From: Prochlorococcaceae cyanobacterium
Lineage (GTDB): Bacteria > Cyanobacteriota > Cyanobacteriia > PCC-6307 > Cyanobiaceae
DNA length: 64,000 nt
Direction of reading: 5' to 3'
NCBI GenBank assembly: GCA_049664045.1
Contig: JBATEO010000058.1
Location: 7,997 to 71,996, forward strand
The position numbers were made by a program, and so were the translations under genes. The notes beneath the pieces are model-generated. The model searched no databases. It was not told the origin of the DNA and saw only the letters and a program-made list of their open reading frames with translations. Below are positions 50,051 to 58,441 of the stretch, piece by piece. The first letter of the stretch is position 1, and every line of letters starts with the position of its first letter.

Positions 50051-51388
50051 CTACCCGCGCCAGCGCTCCAGCAGCCGGCCGAGCAGACCTGGCTGCGACC
50101 GTGGTGGCACGGCGGCGCTGCCCAGAATCGGCTCTGCCTCGGTGAGCAGCGCCGCCAGCTCCCCCCGGATCCGCTGCCGTTCCCGTCGATCGAGACGGTT
50201 CAGATCCAGCTTCCTCAGTTGCCGTCGCACCTGGCGCAGGTTCTCGGCCAGCCGCTGCGGGATGCGCTCCTGCCGGAGCTGCAGGCGTGTCGCATCCAGC
50301 TGATCCTGAACCTGGGCGGCCCGGCGTTCGCGGAGCGCGTCCGCTTCGGCCATGGCGGCGAGCTCGCGCAGCAGCGGTTTGGGCAGCGACCCGGATTTGT
50401 CCAGCGACTCGGAGCCGCTGGCCTCGGCATCCCCGCCCACCAGCCCCCAGTCCTGGGCCAGCCGTGCCAGCACCTCCCGGGGCAGTTCGGAGGCCACCGG
50501 ATCGGCGAAGGGGAAGTGCTTCGCCAGGCCGGTGTCGAGCTGCCGACGCTGGTGGATCAGCAGCAGGCCCAGGGCCCGCCACGGCCGGGCCAGCCGCCGG
50601 GGCAGGGCCGCCAGCTGGGCGGTGAGGCCGGTGAACAGGGGCTCGGCGTCGGCGATCGCCGAATAGCGCAGGGGGGTGCGGCAGACCTCCTCCAGGTAGC
50701 GCTCCGCCAGCTGCAGCTCGGCCAGTTCACGTTGCAGCTGCTCCGGCTCCTGCATCCGGTAGGCCTCCTGGATCCAGGTGTCCGCGAGCCCCAGCTGCTC
50801 GCGCTGCTCGCGGATCTTCAGACGCCGGTCCAGCCAGCCGTAGGCGAGCTTGGTTTCCGGTGCCATCTGCAGCGCCGCCTCGATGAATTCCAGATCGGCA
50901 CGCTCCACCTCCGCTGGAAGCACCGCTGCCAGGGGCGTCTGGAAGCGCGTGTAGCGCTGGGGATCGACGGCCAGCAGCCAGCGCATCGCCGCCAGGCGGC
51001 GGTTGCCGTTCACCACCACCCCGGCGGCATCGACCAGCAGCGGTTCGGTCTGCACCGCTATCCGCTCCAGTTCCTGGAGGATCGGACCTTCCGGAGCGCG
51101 CGCCTTCTCCAGCAGCAGCTCATGCAGCAGCTCCTGGGTCCCGGACTCCGACTCCTGCTCGACGAGATGGCGGCGGCGCTCGGGCTGGTTGACCAGGCGT
51201 TCCTGCAGCTCGGCCAGCAGCCGGCCGTTGTCCACCCGGTAGAGTAGGAGCTCCTGGGCCAGGGGGATCCGGGGCACCTGCCGGGGCCCCTGGCGCAGGG
51301 TCACCCAGTGATCCGGGGCCACGCCGGCGGTGGCGGCGGCGATCCGGCGGCGCCGTTCCGCCGTGTCGCTGATGCAGGTGGGCAGCAT
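50051..51388 (-). CDS. hypothetical protein with a ParB/Srx-fold-like N-terminal domain and a long helical C-terminal region
   Basis: 445 aa, ATG start, host-like G+[18 protein letters not shown] (box I-like) and [24 protein letters not shown] (GxRRxxA box II-like). The rest is L/R/E/Q-rich. The gene call is fairly firm; the fold assignment is tentative. Confidence 0.55.
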   Translation of the reverse strand: MLPTCISDTAERRRRIAAATAGVAPDHWVTLRQGPRQVPRIPLAQELLLYRVDNGRLLAELQERLVNQPERRRHLVEQESESGTQELLHELLLEKARAPEGPILQELERIAVQTEPLLVDAAGVVVNGNRRLAAMRWLLAVDPQRYTRFQTPLAAVLPAEVERADLEFIEAALQMAPETKLAYGWLDRRLKIREQREQLGLADTWIQEAYRMQEPEQLQRELAELQLAERYLEEVCRTPLRYSAIADAEPLFTGLTAQLAALPRRLARPWRALGLLLIHQRRQLDTGLAKHFPFADPVASELPREVLARLAQDWGLVGGDAEASGSESLDKSGSLPKPLLRELAAMAEADALRERRAAQVQDQLDATRLQLRQERIPQRLAENLRQVRRQLRKLDLNRLDRRERQRIRGELAALLTEAEPILGSAAVPPRSQPGLLGRLLERWRG

Positions 51389-51501
51389 GGCTGGCGGGGG
51401 CTGAGGGGCTGGTGCGCGTCACACCAGTGTCCCCCGGCGGGGTCGCTGGCTCGGATCGTGGCCCCCGCCTGAGAGAATCCCCTGCAGCGATTCCTTCCCC
51501 C

Positions 51502-52443
51502 ATGGCTGCGGTGGCGACGACCACGGGACGGGACCGGGACTTCGACTTCGACTTCGGGGCCTATCTCGACGCCGCCCGTCAGCAGGTGGAGGAGGCCCTG
51601 GACGGGGCACTGGGGCCGGAGCGGCCGGAATCGCTGCGTGAGGCGATGCGCTACTCGCTGCTTGCGGGCGGTAAGCGGCTGCGGCCGATCCTCTGCCTGG
51701 CGGCCTGCGAGCTGGCCGGTGGACAGCTTGAGCTGGCCATGCCCACGGCGGTGGCGCTGGAGATGATCCACACCATGTCGCTGATCCATGACGACCTGCC
51801 GGCGATGGACAACGATGACCTCCGCCGCGGCCGGCCCACCAACCACAAGGTGTATGGCGAGGCAAACGCCATCCTGGCCGGCGATGCCCTGCTCACCCGC
51901 GCCTTCGAGATGGTGGCGCTGCGCAGCCCGGGGGTGCCGGCCGAGCGCCTGCTGGCCGTGGTGGGGGAGCTGTCGCTGGCCTCCGGGGCTCCTGGCCTGG
52001 TGGGCGGCCAGGTGGTCGACCTGGAGTGCGAGGGCAAGGACGTGGACCTCGACACCCTCGAGTACATCCATCTGCACAAGACCGGTGCCCTCCTGCGGGC
52101 CTGTGTGATCTGCGGCGCCCACATCGCCGGTGCCGGTGATGCCCTGCTGCAGGCCCTGGGCACCTACGCCCGCGGCATCGGCCTGGCCTTCCAGATCATC
52201 GACGACATCCTCGACGTGACCGCCAGCAGCGAGGTGCTGGGCAAGACGGCGGGCAAGGACCTCACCGCCGACAAGACCACCTACCCGAAGCTGCTGGGCC
52301 TGGAGGAGTCGCGCCAGCGGGCCGATTCCCTGGTGGCGGAGGCCAAGGCCGCCCTCATCCCCTTCGCCGAGGGTGAACAGGGCGGACTGACAGCGGCGCC
52401 GCTGCTGGCCCTGGCTGACTACATCACCAGTCGCGATCGATGA
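51502..52443 (+). CDS. crtE: geranylgeranyl diphosphate synthase
   Basis: The ATG at 51502 gives [18 protein letters not shown]… FARM is [17 protein letters not shown] and SARM is FQIIDDILD. Confidence 0.9.
   Translation: MAAVATTTGRDRDFDFDFGAYLDAARQQVEEALDGALGPERPESLREAMRYSLLAGGKRLRPILCLAACELAGGQLELAMPTAVALEMIHTMSLIHDDLPAMDNDDLRRGRPTNHKVYGEANAILAGDALLTRAFEMVALRSPGVPAERLLAVVGELSLASGAPGLVGGQVVDLECEGKDVDLDTLEYIHLHKTGALLRACVICGAHIAGAGDALLQALGTYARGIGLAFQIIDDILDVTASSEVLGKTAGKDLTADKTTYPKLLGLEESRQRADSLVAEAKAALIPFAEGEQGGLTAAPLLALADYITSRDR
51538..51555 (+). repeat. (GACTTC)3 hexanucleotide repeat encoding DFDFDF
   Basis: Three perfect tandem copies lie near the crtE N-terminus. Confidence 0.85.
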
Positions 52444-52943
52444 TCGCTCTCCTCAACAACGGCGTGCTCTGGTGGGGGCTGGCGGCCTGCGGCGTCGCCC
52501 AGTTGTCCAAGCTGGTGATCGAACTCGTGGTGCACCGGCGCTGGAATCCCCGCGTGCTGGTGGAAACCGGCGGCATGCCCTCCAGCCATTCGGCGCTGCT
52601 GACCGGCACGGCGGCGGGGCTCGGCTGGCAGCTGGGTTTCTCCGATCCCCTCTTCGCCCTGGCGGCCACCATGTGCTTCGTGGTGCTCTACGACGCCTCG
52701 GGGGTGCGCCGCGCCGCCGGTCTCACGGCGGCGCGGGTGAATGCCTGGACTCCGCAGGACGGTACAGGTGGGCATTCCGTCGGCGGCCCCCTGCCACGCC
52801 TGAAGGAAAACCTCGGCCACACCCGCCTGGAGGTGCTCGCGGGGGCCCTGATGGGTCCAGCCGTGGCCCTGCCCGGACTGGTCCTGTTGGGCTCGCCCCT
52901 GCACCTGGCGCAGCTCTGGGGCCTGCCGGGCGCCGTTGGCTGA
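52440..52943 (+). CDS. divergent PAP2 (DUF212) family membrane protein
   Basis: 167 aa with [18 protein letters not shown] and GHTRLEV. The ATGA overlaps the crtE stop. Confidence 0.8.
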   Translation: MIALLNNGVLWWGLAACGVAQLSKLVIELVVHRRWNPRVLVETGGMPSSHSALLTGTAAGLGWQLGFSDPLFALAATMCFVVLYDASGVRRAAGLTAARVNAWTPQDGTGGHSVGGPLPRLKENLGHTRLEVLAGALMGPAVALPGLVLLGSPLHLAQLWGLPGAVG

Positions 52944-54396
52944 CGTCCTCACCGCCGATCAGCAGGCGGCCTGCGAGGCCTTCGCCGCGTGGCTGGCCGA
53001 ACCGGCCGCCGGCCTGCCCTTCGTGCTCAGCGGCTACGCGGGCACCGGCAAGACCTTCCTGTCGATGCGCTTCCTGGGCCAGGCGGAGGCCTCAGGCCTC
53101 TGCTGGACCGTGGTGGCCCCCACCCACAAGGCGGTGGGCGTGCTGCGCAGCCATCTGCAGACGGCCGGCCTCAGCCCCACCTGGTTCCCCTCCACCATCC
53201 ACCGGCTCCTGCGCCTGCGGCTCCGCAGGCAGGGCGATCTGGAGCGCTGCGAGGAGAGTGAGCACACCGCCGGGGCGCTGGAGCACCTGGGGCTGGTGCT
53301 GATCGATGAGGCCTCGATGGTGGACAGCCAGCTGCTGGAGATCACCCTGCGCTGCGCCCATCCCTTCCGCACCCGACTGGTGTTCGTGGGTGATCCCGCC
53401 CAGCTGCCGCCTGTGGGGGAGCCCGAGAGTCCGGTGTTCGCCCTGGGCCGTGCCCGTGCCGTGGCCCTGCGTCAGGTGGTGCGCCACCAGGGGCCGGTGC
53501 TGCGCCTGGCCCAGGGGATCCGCGAGCAGGTCCTGCCCTGCCGGCCGCCGCCGCCGCTGCCGCCGGTCCGCACCGCCGAGGGGCGGGTGGCCCTGCTCGA
53601 TCGCCAGGAGTGGCTTCTGGAGGCTCAGGCCGCCCTGCGCCGCTGCGCCGAAACCGACAATCCCGACCTGGCCAGGATCCTCTGCTACACCAACCGCTCG
53701 CTGGAGCGGCTGGTGCCGATCGCCCGCCGCGCCCTTCATGGTGAGATGGCCGACCAGCTGCCGGTGCTGCCGGGAGAGGTGCTGATCAGCCGCAGCGCCG
53801 TGATGGCTCCCGCCTGCCGGCAGGGGGAGGAGGCGGCCGAGGAGCCGGACATGGTGCTCGGCTCCAACCGGGAGCTGGTGGTGCGCGATGTGGCCCCCGA
53901 GCGCTGCGACCTGGCCGATCTGGGGGTGAGCGATGCCCCGCTGATCGACACCCTCACCGCCACGGTCACCACCATGGCGCAGGCCGGTGAGACGCCGCTC
54001 AGCCTGCGCCTGCTGCCGCCGGCGGGCAGTGCCGCCCGTCAGGTCCTCGACGGCGTGCTCGAGCGGCTGCGCACCTCCGCCCGCGGCGTGGCCCGGGACC
54101 AGGGCAAGGCCGCGGCCCGGGGGCTGTGGCGGCAGTTCTTCCTGGTGCGCGACGCCTTCGCGGCGCTGGGGCCCGCCGCCGTGCTCACGGTGCACCGCAG
54201 CCAGGGCAGCACCTTCGGCGAGGTGTTCGTTGACAGCGATGTCTTCTGGCCCCGGGACGAGCTGCTGCGTCGTCAGCTCGTGTATGTGGCCGTGAGCCGG
54301 GCCAGCCAGGCGGTGACACTGGTGGCCGGCCCGGGCAGCCAGGCCGATCAACGGCTCTGGGCAGGCTGGCTGGAGGATGAACCGACTCAGAGATAG
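52936..54396 (+). CDS. SF1 RecD/Dda-like DNA helicase
   Basis: 486 aa. The TTG start overlaps the PAP2 gene end by 8 nt. Walker A is SGYAGTGKTF and Walker B is LVLIDEASMV. Also VFVGDPAQLPPV, TVHRSQGSTF and YVAVSRA. Confidence 0.8.
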   Translation: MADVLTADQQAACEAFAAWLAEPAAGLPFVLSGYAGTGKTFLSMRFLGQAEASGLCWTVVAPTHKAVGVLRSHLQTAGLSPTWFPSTIHRLLRLRLRRQGDLERCEESEHTAGALEHLGLVLIDEASMVDSQLLEITLRCAHPFRTRLVFVGDPAQLPPVGEPESPVFALGRARAVALRQVVRHQGPVLRLAQGIREQVLPCRPPPPLPPVRTAEGRVALLDRQEWLLEAQAALRRCAETDNPDLARILCYTNRSLERLVPIARRALHGEMADQLPVLPGEVLISRSAVMAPACRQGEEAAEEPDMVLGSNRELVVRDVAPERCDLADLGVSDAPLIDTLTATVTTMAQAGETPLSLRLLPPAGSAARQVLDGVLERLRTSARGVARDQGKAAARGLWRQFFLVRDAFAALGPAAVLTVHRSQGSTFGEVFVDSDVFWPRDELLRRQLVYVAVSRASQAVTLVAGPGSQADQRLWAGWLEDEPTQR

Positions 54397-55226
54397 CTCA
54401 CATCTCCCATGGCATTGATGAGCAGGGTGCCGTTCTCGAGATCAACTTCCTTGAGTGAAACCGCACTGCCGATGCTTTCAAAGCTGTTGACAATCATCGA
54501 CGTGCCGCTCTTGTCTGTGATTTTTTTGCCATAGGTGTTTCCCCACTCGTCGATGTTGTTTGTGATTTTGTATTGTCCTTGGTTCAGGAGCAGGGAATCG
54601 CGGTCGCCTCCTCCGTCAAGGGTCTGAGGGCCGAAGCCGAACACCTTGTCGAAGCCTGAACCCATGTAGAGATATCCAGTTCCTTCAAAGCCTCCCCGTC
54701 GGACATCCACGACATCGGATCCGGTGCCCATGTCGATGTAGCCGTCGTTGCGAAGACCTGCCAGAACACCTGCGCCGCGAATGATGTCGTTGCCGGCGGC
54801 CATGTAGATGTAGTCGCTGTTGGTGATGCCTTCCTGGCTGCTGCTCCGCCCTGTGATCAGGTCGTTGCCACCGCTGGTATAAAGATACCCCTGGTTCTCC
54901 AGGCCTCTGGAGTCTGTCGACCTGCCGAGGATCTTGTCGTTCTCAAGTCCGGTGTCAATGGTTCCTTCGTTGAGGATCCCTGCCTGGGACTGCGATACGC
55001 CGCGCACCCTGTCGTTGCCGGCCTCGGTCTTGAGGCTGCCAGCGATGGTGAGGCCGCTGCGTCGCACGGCGGCGCCATCGATCAGGTCATCGCCTGCGCC
55101 GGTGCGGGGCCTGAAGCGCGAGGATAGTTCAATGCCCTTCCGCAGATCTCGAACCCTGTCGTCGCGTTTGCTCCAGGTGCCTGTTGTCCCGTTGAACCAG
55201 CCTGTGTTGGTGAGTTGGGTTGTCAT
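54387..55226 (-). CDS. leaderless repeat protein, seven GND-x-I-x-G-type repeats (RTX-related or novel beta-solenoid?)
   Basis: 279 aa, ATG start. The only long ORF in this low-G+C stretch. The G-[DNSF]-D cores lie at residues 45, 70, 95, 120, 145, 169 and 191. No signal peptide. Confidence 0.7.
   Translation of the reverse strand: MTTQLTNTGWFNGTTGTWSKRDDRVRDLRKGIELSSRFRPRTGAGDDLIDGAAVRRSGLTIAGSLKTEAGNDRVRGVSQSQAGILNEGTIDTGLENDKILGRSTDSRGLENQGYLYTSGGNDLITGRSSSQEGITNSDYIYMAAGNDIIRGAGVLAGLRNDGYIDMGTGSDVVDVRRGGFEGTGYLYMGSGFDKVFGFGPQTLDGGGDRDSLLLNQGQYKITNNIDEWGNTYGKKITDKSGTSMIVNSFESIGSAVSLKEVDLENGTLLINAMGDVSYL
54636..55106 (-). repeat. seven protein-level tandem repeats of 22-25 codons (four spacings of exactly 75 nt)
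   Basis: GDDLIDG, GNDRVRG, ENDKILG, GNDLITG, GNDIIRG, GSDVVDV, GFDKVFG. Each is followed by a …G(I/L)xN(x)G(Y)(I/L)(Y/D)-type strand. The repeats are similar at protein level only, not identical at DNA level. Confidence 0.8.
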
Positions 55227-55362
55227 CTCGACTTCATCCTGGTGATTCCCTCTGGGTGCTTTCAGTCTGGAGATTCTCTAGGTTGTCTTGTGGGTGGGCA
55301 ATGATTGTTTACGGGTCGTCTTTAGCTTAATTTGGTATTGTTATTGCTACTGATCCGCGATC

Positions 55363-55641
55363 TCAGCTGGCTCGGCTCCGGCCAGTCGCGAGCTGGCTGA
55401 TCAGCTTCTGATGCCTGCTGTTGAGCCTCCGTTCGCCACCAGCTCCTTCGGCCGCCCAGGCCCAGCCGCAGACCTTCGATTCCCAGCCGGCACCGGATCC
55501 CCCCGCCGAACTGCTCCAGCCGCAGCCCTTCTCCATCGTCAGCACCAGGCCATGGCCCACAGTCATCAGCAGGGCGATGTGCAGAGGCGAAAACCCACCC
55601 GCGAGGTCGACGGCCAGCAGCTCCCCGAGCACCTGGGTCAT
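55363..55641 (-). CDS. possible small hypothetical protein or gene remnant
   Basis: 92 codons, 17 nt downstream of the cobyrinate diamide synthase gene. The first ~36 residues are membrane-protein-like (MTQVLGELLAVDLAGGFSPLHIALLMTVGHGLVLTM). The remainder is Gly/Trp/Ala low-complexity. Confidence 0.25.
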   Translation of the reverse strand: MTQVLGELLAVDLAGGFSPLHIALLMTVGHGLVLTMEKGCGWSSSAGGSGAGWESKVCGWAWAAEGAGGERRLNSRHQKLISQLATGRSRAS

Positions 55642-55657
55642 CGCCGCGGACCACGGA

Positions 55658-57115
55658 TCATGGCCAGGTGCCGGCGCTCAGGGCACCAGCCGCCTGCCGG
55701 GCGGCCGCCGCCAGGCGCCGGGGGAGCTGCGGGCAGCCGGCCCAATGCTGATGCAGCCAGCTGGCGTGCAGATGGGCTGTGCGCCACCCCTCCGCCCGCG
55801 GCGCACTGCCCCAGCCCACCAGCTGCCACAGCTCCAGTCCGTCAGCAGCTGGTGGCTGTTGTGTCGTCCCCTCAAGCTGCCAGCGGTGGAATTCATGGCC
55901 CTGCAGGCGTTCGCCACGGCGCACCAGCAGCCCGTCGCCCAGGGCCGTGGCCTGCCGGTAGCCGAGGCTGAGGTCGCCGCGCCGGGCCCGGAAGGGCAGC
56001 AGGCCGGCCATGGGATGGGCCTGACCCTGCGCATCGCAGAGCTCCTGGCCGAGCAGCAGCAGGCCGCCGCACTCGGCCACGATCGGCAGCCGGGCGCCGA
56101 AGGCCCGGCGCAGGTCCGCCAGGCTGCGCTGGGCCGCCGCCAGCCGCTCGGCATGGAGCTCCGGGTAGCCGCCAGGCAGCAGCACGGCGGCGCAGCCGGG
56201 CGGCAGCGGTTCATCGGCCAGGGGGCTCCAGGAGCACAGCTCCAGGCCCAGGGCCGCCAGCAGTTCGCCGGCCTCGGGGTAGCGGAAATGGAAGGCCGCG
56301 TCGCTGGCCACCGCCACCCTGACGCCAACCATCCGGTCGCGAGGCTCATGCCCCTGCCCGCTGCCGCCGGGGAGCTGCACCAGCGCCTGGATGGGATCCC
56401 CCTGGGCTTCAGAACCGCCCCCTGGGGCGACAGGCGGCGGCGGAGCGAGCAGGGGCCAGAGGCGCGGCAGATCCAGGTGCCGCTCCGCCAGGTCCGCCCA
56501 GGTGGCGAGGCGGTTCTCCAGGTCGCTCACCTCGCCGGGGGGCAGCAGGCCAAGGTGTCGACTGGGCAGCTCCAGGGACGAGTGCCGCGGCAACGCTCCC
56601 AGCACCGGCACGGAGACCGCCGCCAGGGCCTCGGCCAGCAGGGTGCGGTGCCGCTCGGAGCCCACCCGGTTGAGCACCACCCCGGCCAGGTTCACCCGGG
56701 GCGGGCCATGGTCCCGGAAGCCGCGCACCAGAGCGGCGATTGATCCCGCCTGACGGGAGGCCTCCACCACGAGGATCACGGGCAGTCCCAGCTGAACCGC
56801 CAAGGCCGCTGAACTCCCCTCGCTGCCCGGTCCACGCCCGTCGAACAGTCCCATCACGCCCTCCACCAGGGCCAGGTCGGCACGGCTGCCGTGCCAGTGG
56901 AAGCAGCGTTCCACCCACGCCTCGCCACAGAGCAGCGGATCGAGGTTGCGGCAGGTCTGCCCGCTCACCCGGCTGAGCAGCTGGGGGTCGAGATAGTCGG
57001 GCCCCACCTTGAAGGGCTGGAGCCGCAGGTTCCGGCGCCGGGCCAGGGCGGCCAGGCAGAGGCTGAGCAGGGTCTTGCCGCTGCCACTCGCTGGAGCGGC
57101 GATCAGGCAGGGCAT
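55658..57115 (-). CDS. cbiA: cobyrinate a,c-diamide synthase
   Basis: 485 aa starting MPCLIAAPASGSGKTLLSLCL… Also FKVGPDYLDP and the C-terminal glutaminase Cys in IVAECGGLLLLG. Confidence 0.9.
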   Translation of the reverse strand: MPCLIAAPASGSGKTLLSLCLAALARRRNLRLQPFKVGPDYLDPQLLSRVSGQTCRNLDPLLCGEAWVERCFHWHGSRADLALVEGVMGLFDGRGPGSEGSSAALAVQLGLPVILVVEASRQAGSIAALVRGFRDHGPPRVNLAGVVLNRVGSERHRTLLAEALAAVSVPVLGALPRHSSLELPSRHLGLLPPGEVSDLENRLATWADLAERHLDLPRLWPLLAPPPPVAPGGGSEAQGDPIQALVQLPGGSGQGHEPRDRMVGVRVAVASDAAFHFRYPEAGELLAALGLELCSWSPLADEPLPPGCAAVLLPGGYPELHAERLAAAQRSLADLRRAFGARLPIVAECGGLLLLGQELCDAQGQAHPMAGLLPFRARRGDLSLGYRQATALGDGLLVRRGERLQGHEFHRWQLEGTTQQPPAADGLELWQLVGWGSAPRAEGWRTAHLHASWLHQHWAGCPQLPRRLAAAARQAAGALSAGTWP

Positions 57116-57127
57116 GGCGGCGGCCCC

Positions 57128-58441
57128 TCAGCAGGGGAGCAGCTGGGCGGCCAGCGGCGCGGCCGCGGCCAGCAGGGGGTTGGTGGTGTCGTGGCCGCCG
57201 GCCAGCAGCCGGGCCAATTCCATCTCCTCGCTCTCGTTGGGCAGGGGCACCACGTCCTCGGCCAGCTCCATCGAGGCCATGCCGCCGGATTCCAGACGCA
57301 TGCAGCCCCCGGATTCGGAGCAGAGGATCACGCACAGCGGCGGCCGGCCCTGGGGGGCGCAGATCAGCCGCAGGCCCACAAGGGCGCCGGGATGGATCTT
57401 GGGGCTGCCCACCGGCACCGGCATGAGGCGGAACTGCACGGCGGCGCCATCGGTGCGCTCGAATTCGGCGCCGATGCCGTCGCCGTCCAGCTGGTAGGAG
57501 TCGCTCAGGTGCCAGCCCAGACGGTCGGCGATCCAGGCCGCCAGCAGCAGGCCCTTGAGGGGATGGTCGCCCTCCACGTCGATGTCCAGCTGCACCACGT
57601 GCTCCAGGGCGTTGCGGCGCGAGGGCGGGTCGAACACCATTGCCAGCGACTCGCGCCAGCTGCGCAGCCGCAGCCAGTTGAGGTCGTTCACCGCCTGGCC
57701 GGCCTCGATGCGCTTCACCAGCAGGTCGATGCAGCGGCGGGGCTGGCCCAGGGAGCTGTCCACCACCAGGCGGCGAGGCAGCGGTGCCAGGGCCTCCAGC
57801 AGCTCCGGTGCCTCGTCGAGGCTGCTGTTCCACCACACCCAGCAGGGCAGATCGGAGGTGATCAACGAATGGATCAGCTCGAGGGACTGCTGGAGCGAGC
57901 CCCGGCCACCCCGCAGCACCACCACGTCGCCGCAGGCCGTGCCGGCACCACCCTCCTCCGGCAGCGGGCAGTAGGCGGCCACGAAGGATTCCAGCGGCTG
58001 ACCCTCGTCGAGGGTGGGCGCGAGGGTGATCAGGCGCCGGGGCTTGTGGGCGCTGATGGCGCTGTCCACGAACTGGCCGCGCAGATCCTGCACCTGGTGG
58101 TGCCCGGGTAGCTGCCCCAGCTCCCAGGCCAGGCGCTGATCCATCACGGCCGTGCTCAGGGGCAGGTCGATCTCCTGCACCGCCTGCTTGGCGGCCTCGA
58201 TCAGTTCCGGTTCCAGCAGGCCGGTGAGCGGTCCGTCGGCGCGACCGGTGCGGATCAGGTGCTGCTGCAGCCACGAGCCCTCGTACACCACCAGGGTGAA
58301 GGTGGTGGCGCCGTCGGAATCCTGCAGTCCCTCGCCCCACAGGGTCTTCAGGTAGCTGAGAACCTCCGCCGGCGGAAGAGCCGTGGGGGCCTGGAGGGTG
58401 AGTTGGGGTGACATGGCGGGAGGGGAGGGGGCTGGGCTCAT
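57128..58441 (-). CDS. opcA: glucose-6-phosphate dehydrogenase assembly protein OpcA
   Basis: 437 aa with a 4-nt overlap with zwf upstream. TTFTLVVYE…, DLPCWVWWN (OpcA family as I recall it). Confidence 0.85.
   Translation of the reverse strand: MSPAPSPPAMSPQLTLQAPTALPPAEVLSYLKTLWGEGLQDSDGATTFTLVVYEGSWLQQHLIRTGRADGPLTGLLEPELIEAAKQAVQEIDLPLSTAVMDQRLAWELGQLPGHHQVQDLRGQFVDSAISAHKPRRLITLAPTLDEGQPLESFVAAYCPLPEEGGAGTACGDVVVLRGGRGSLQQSLELIHSLITSDLPCWVWWNSSLDEAPELLEALAPLPRRLVVDSSLGQPRRCIDLLVKRIEAGQAVNDLNWLRLRSWRESLAMVFDPPSRRNALEHVVQLDIDVEGDHPLKGLLLAAWIADRLGWHLSDSYQLDGDGIGAEFERTDGAAVQFRLMPVPVGSPKIHPGALVGLRLICAPQGRPPLCVILCSESGGCMRLESGGMASMELAEDVVPLPNESEEMELARLLAGGHDTTNPLLAAAAPLAAQLLPC

Larger units (their letters stand above)
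54387..55350. other. low-G+C compositional island (probable horizontally acquired insertion)
   Basis: Hand counts give 48% G+C for 54421-54540 and 56% for 54541-54660, against 72% for 54241-54360. The upstream leader (55227-55345) is AT-rich. No integrase or tRNA at the borders. Confidence 0.6.

Noticed and set aside
54387-55226. Calling the repeat protein a canonical RTX/hemolysin-type Ca-binding protein
   Set aside because: The GGxGxDxUx nonapeptide periodicity is absent, because the Asp-containing turns recur every 22-25 residues. I therefore report only an RTX-like motif, not family membership.
54380-55365. Target-site duplication or att-like direct repeats flanking the low-G+C island
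   Set aside because: The only shared sequence I found at the two borders is CTCAG…GCTC (gactcagagatagctca versus gatctcagctggctcgg). That is too short and imperfect to support a claim. No integrase or transposase is present.
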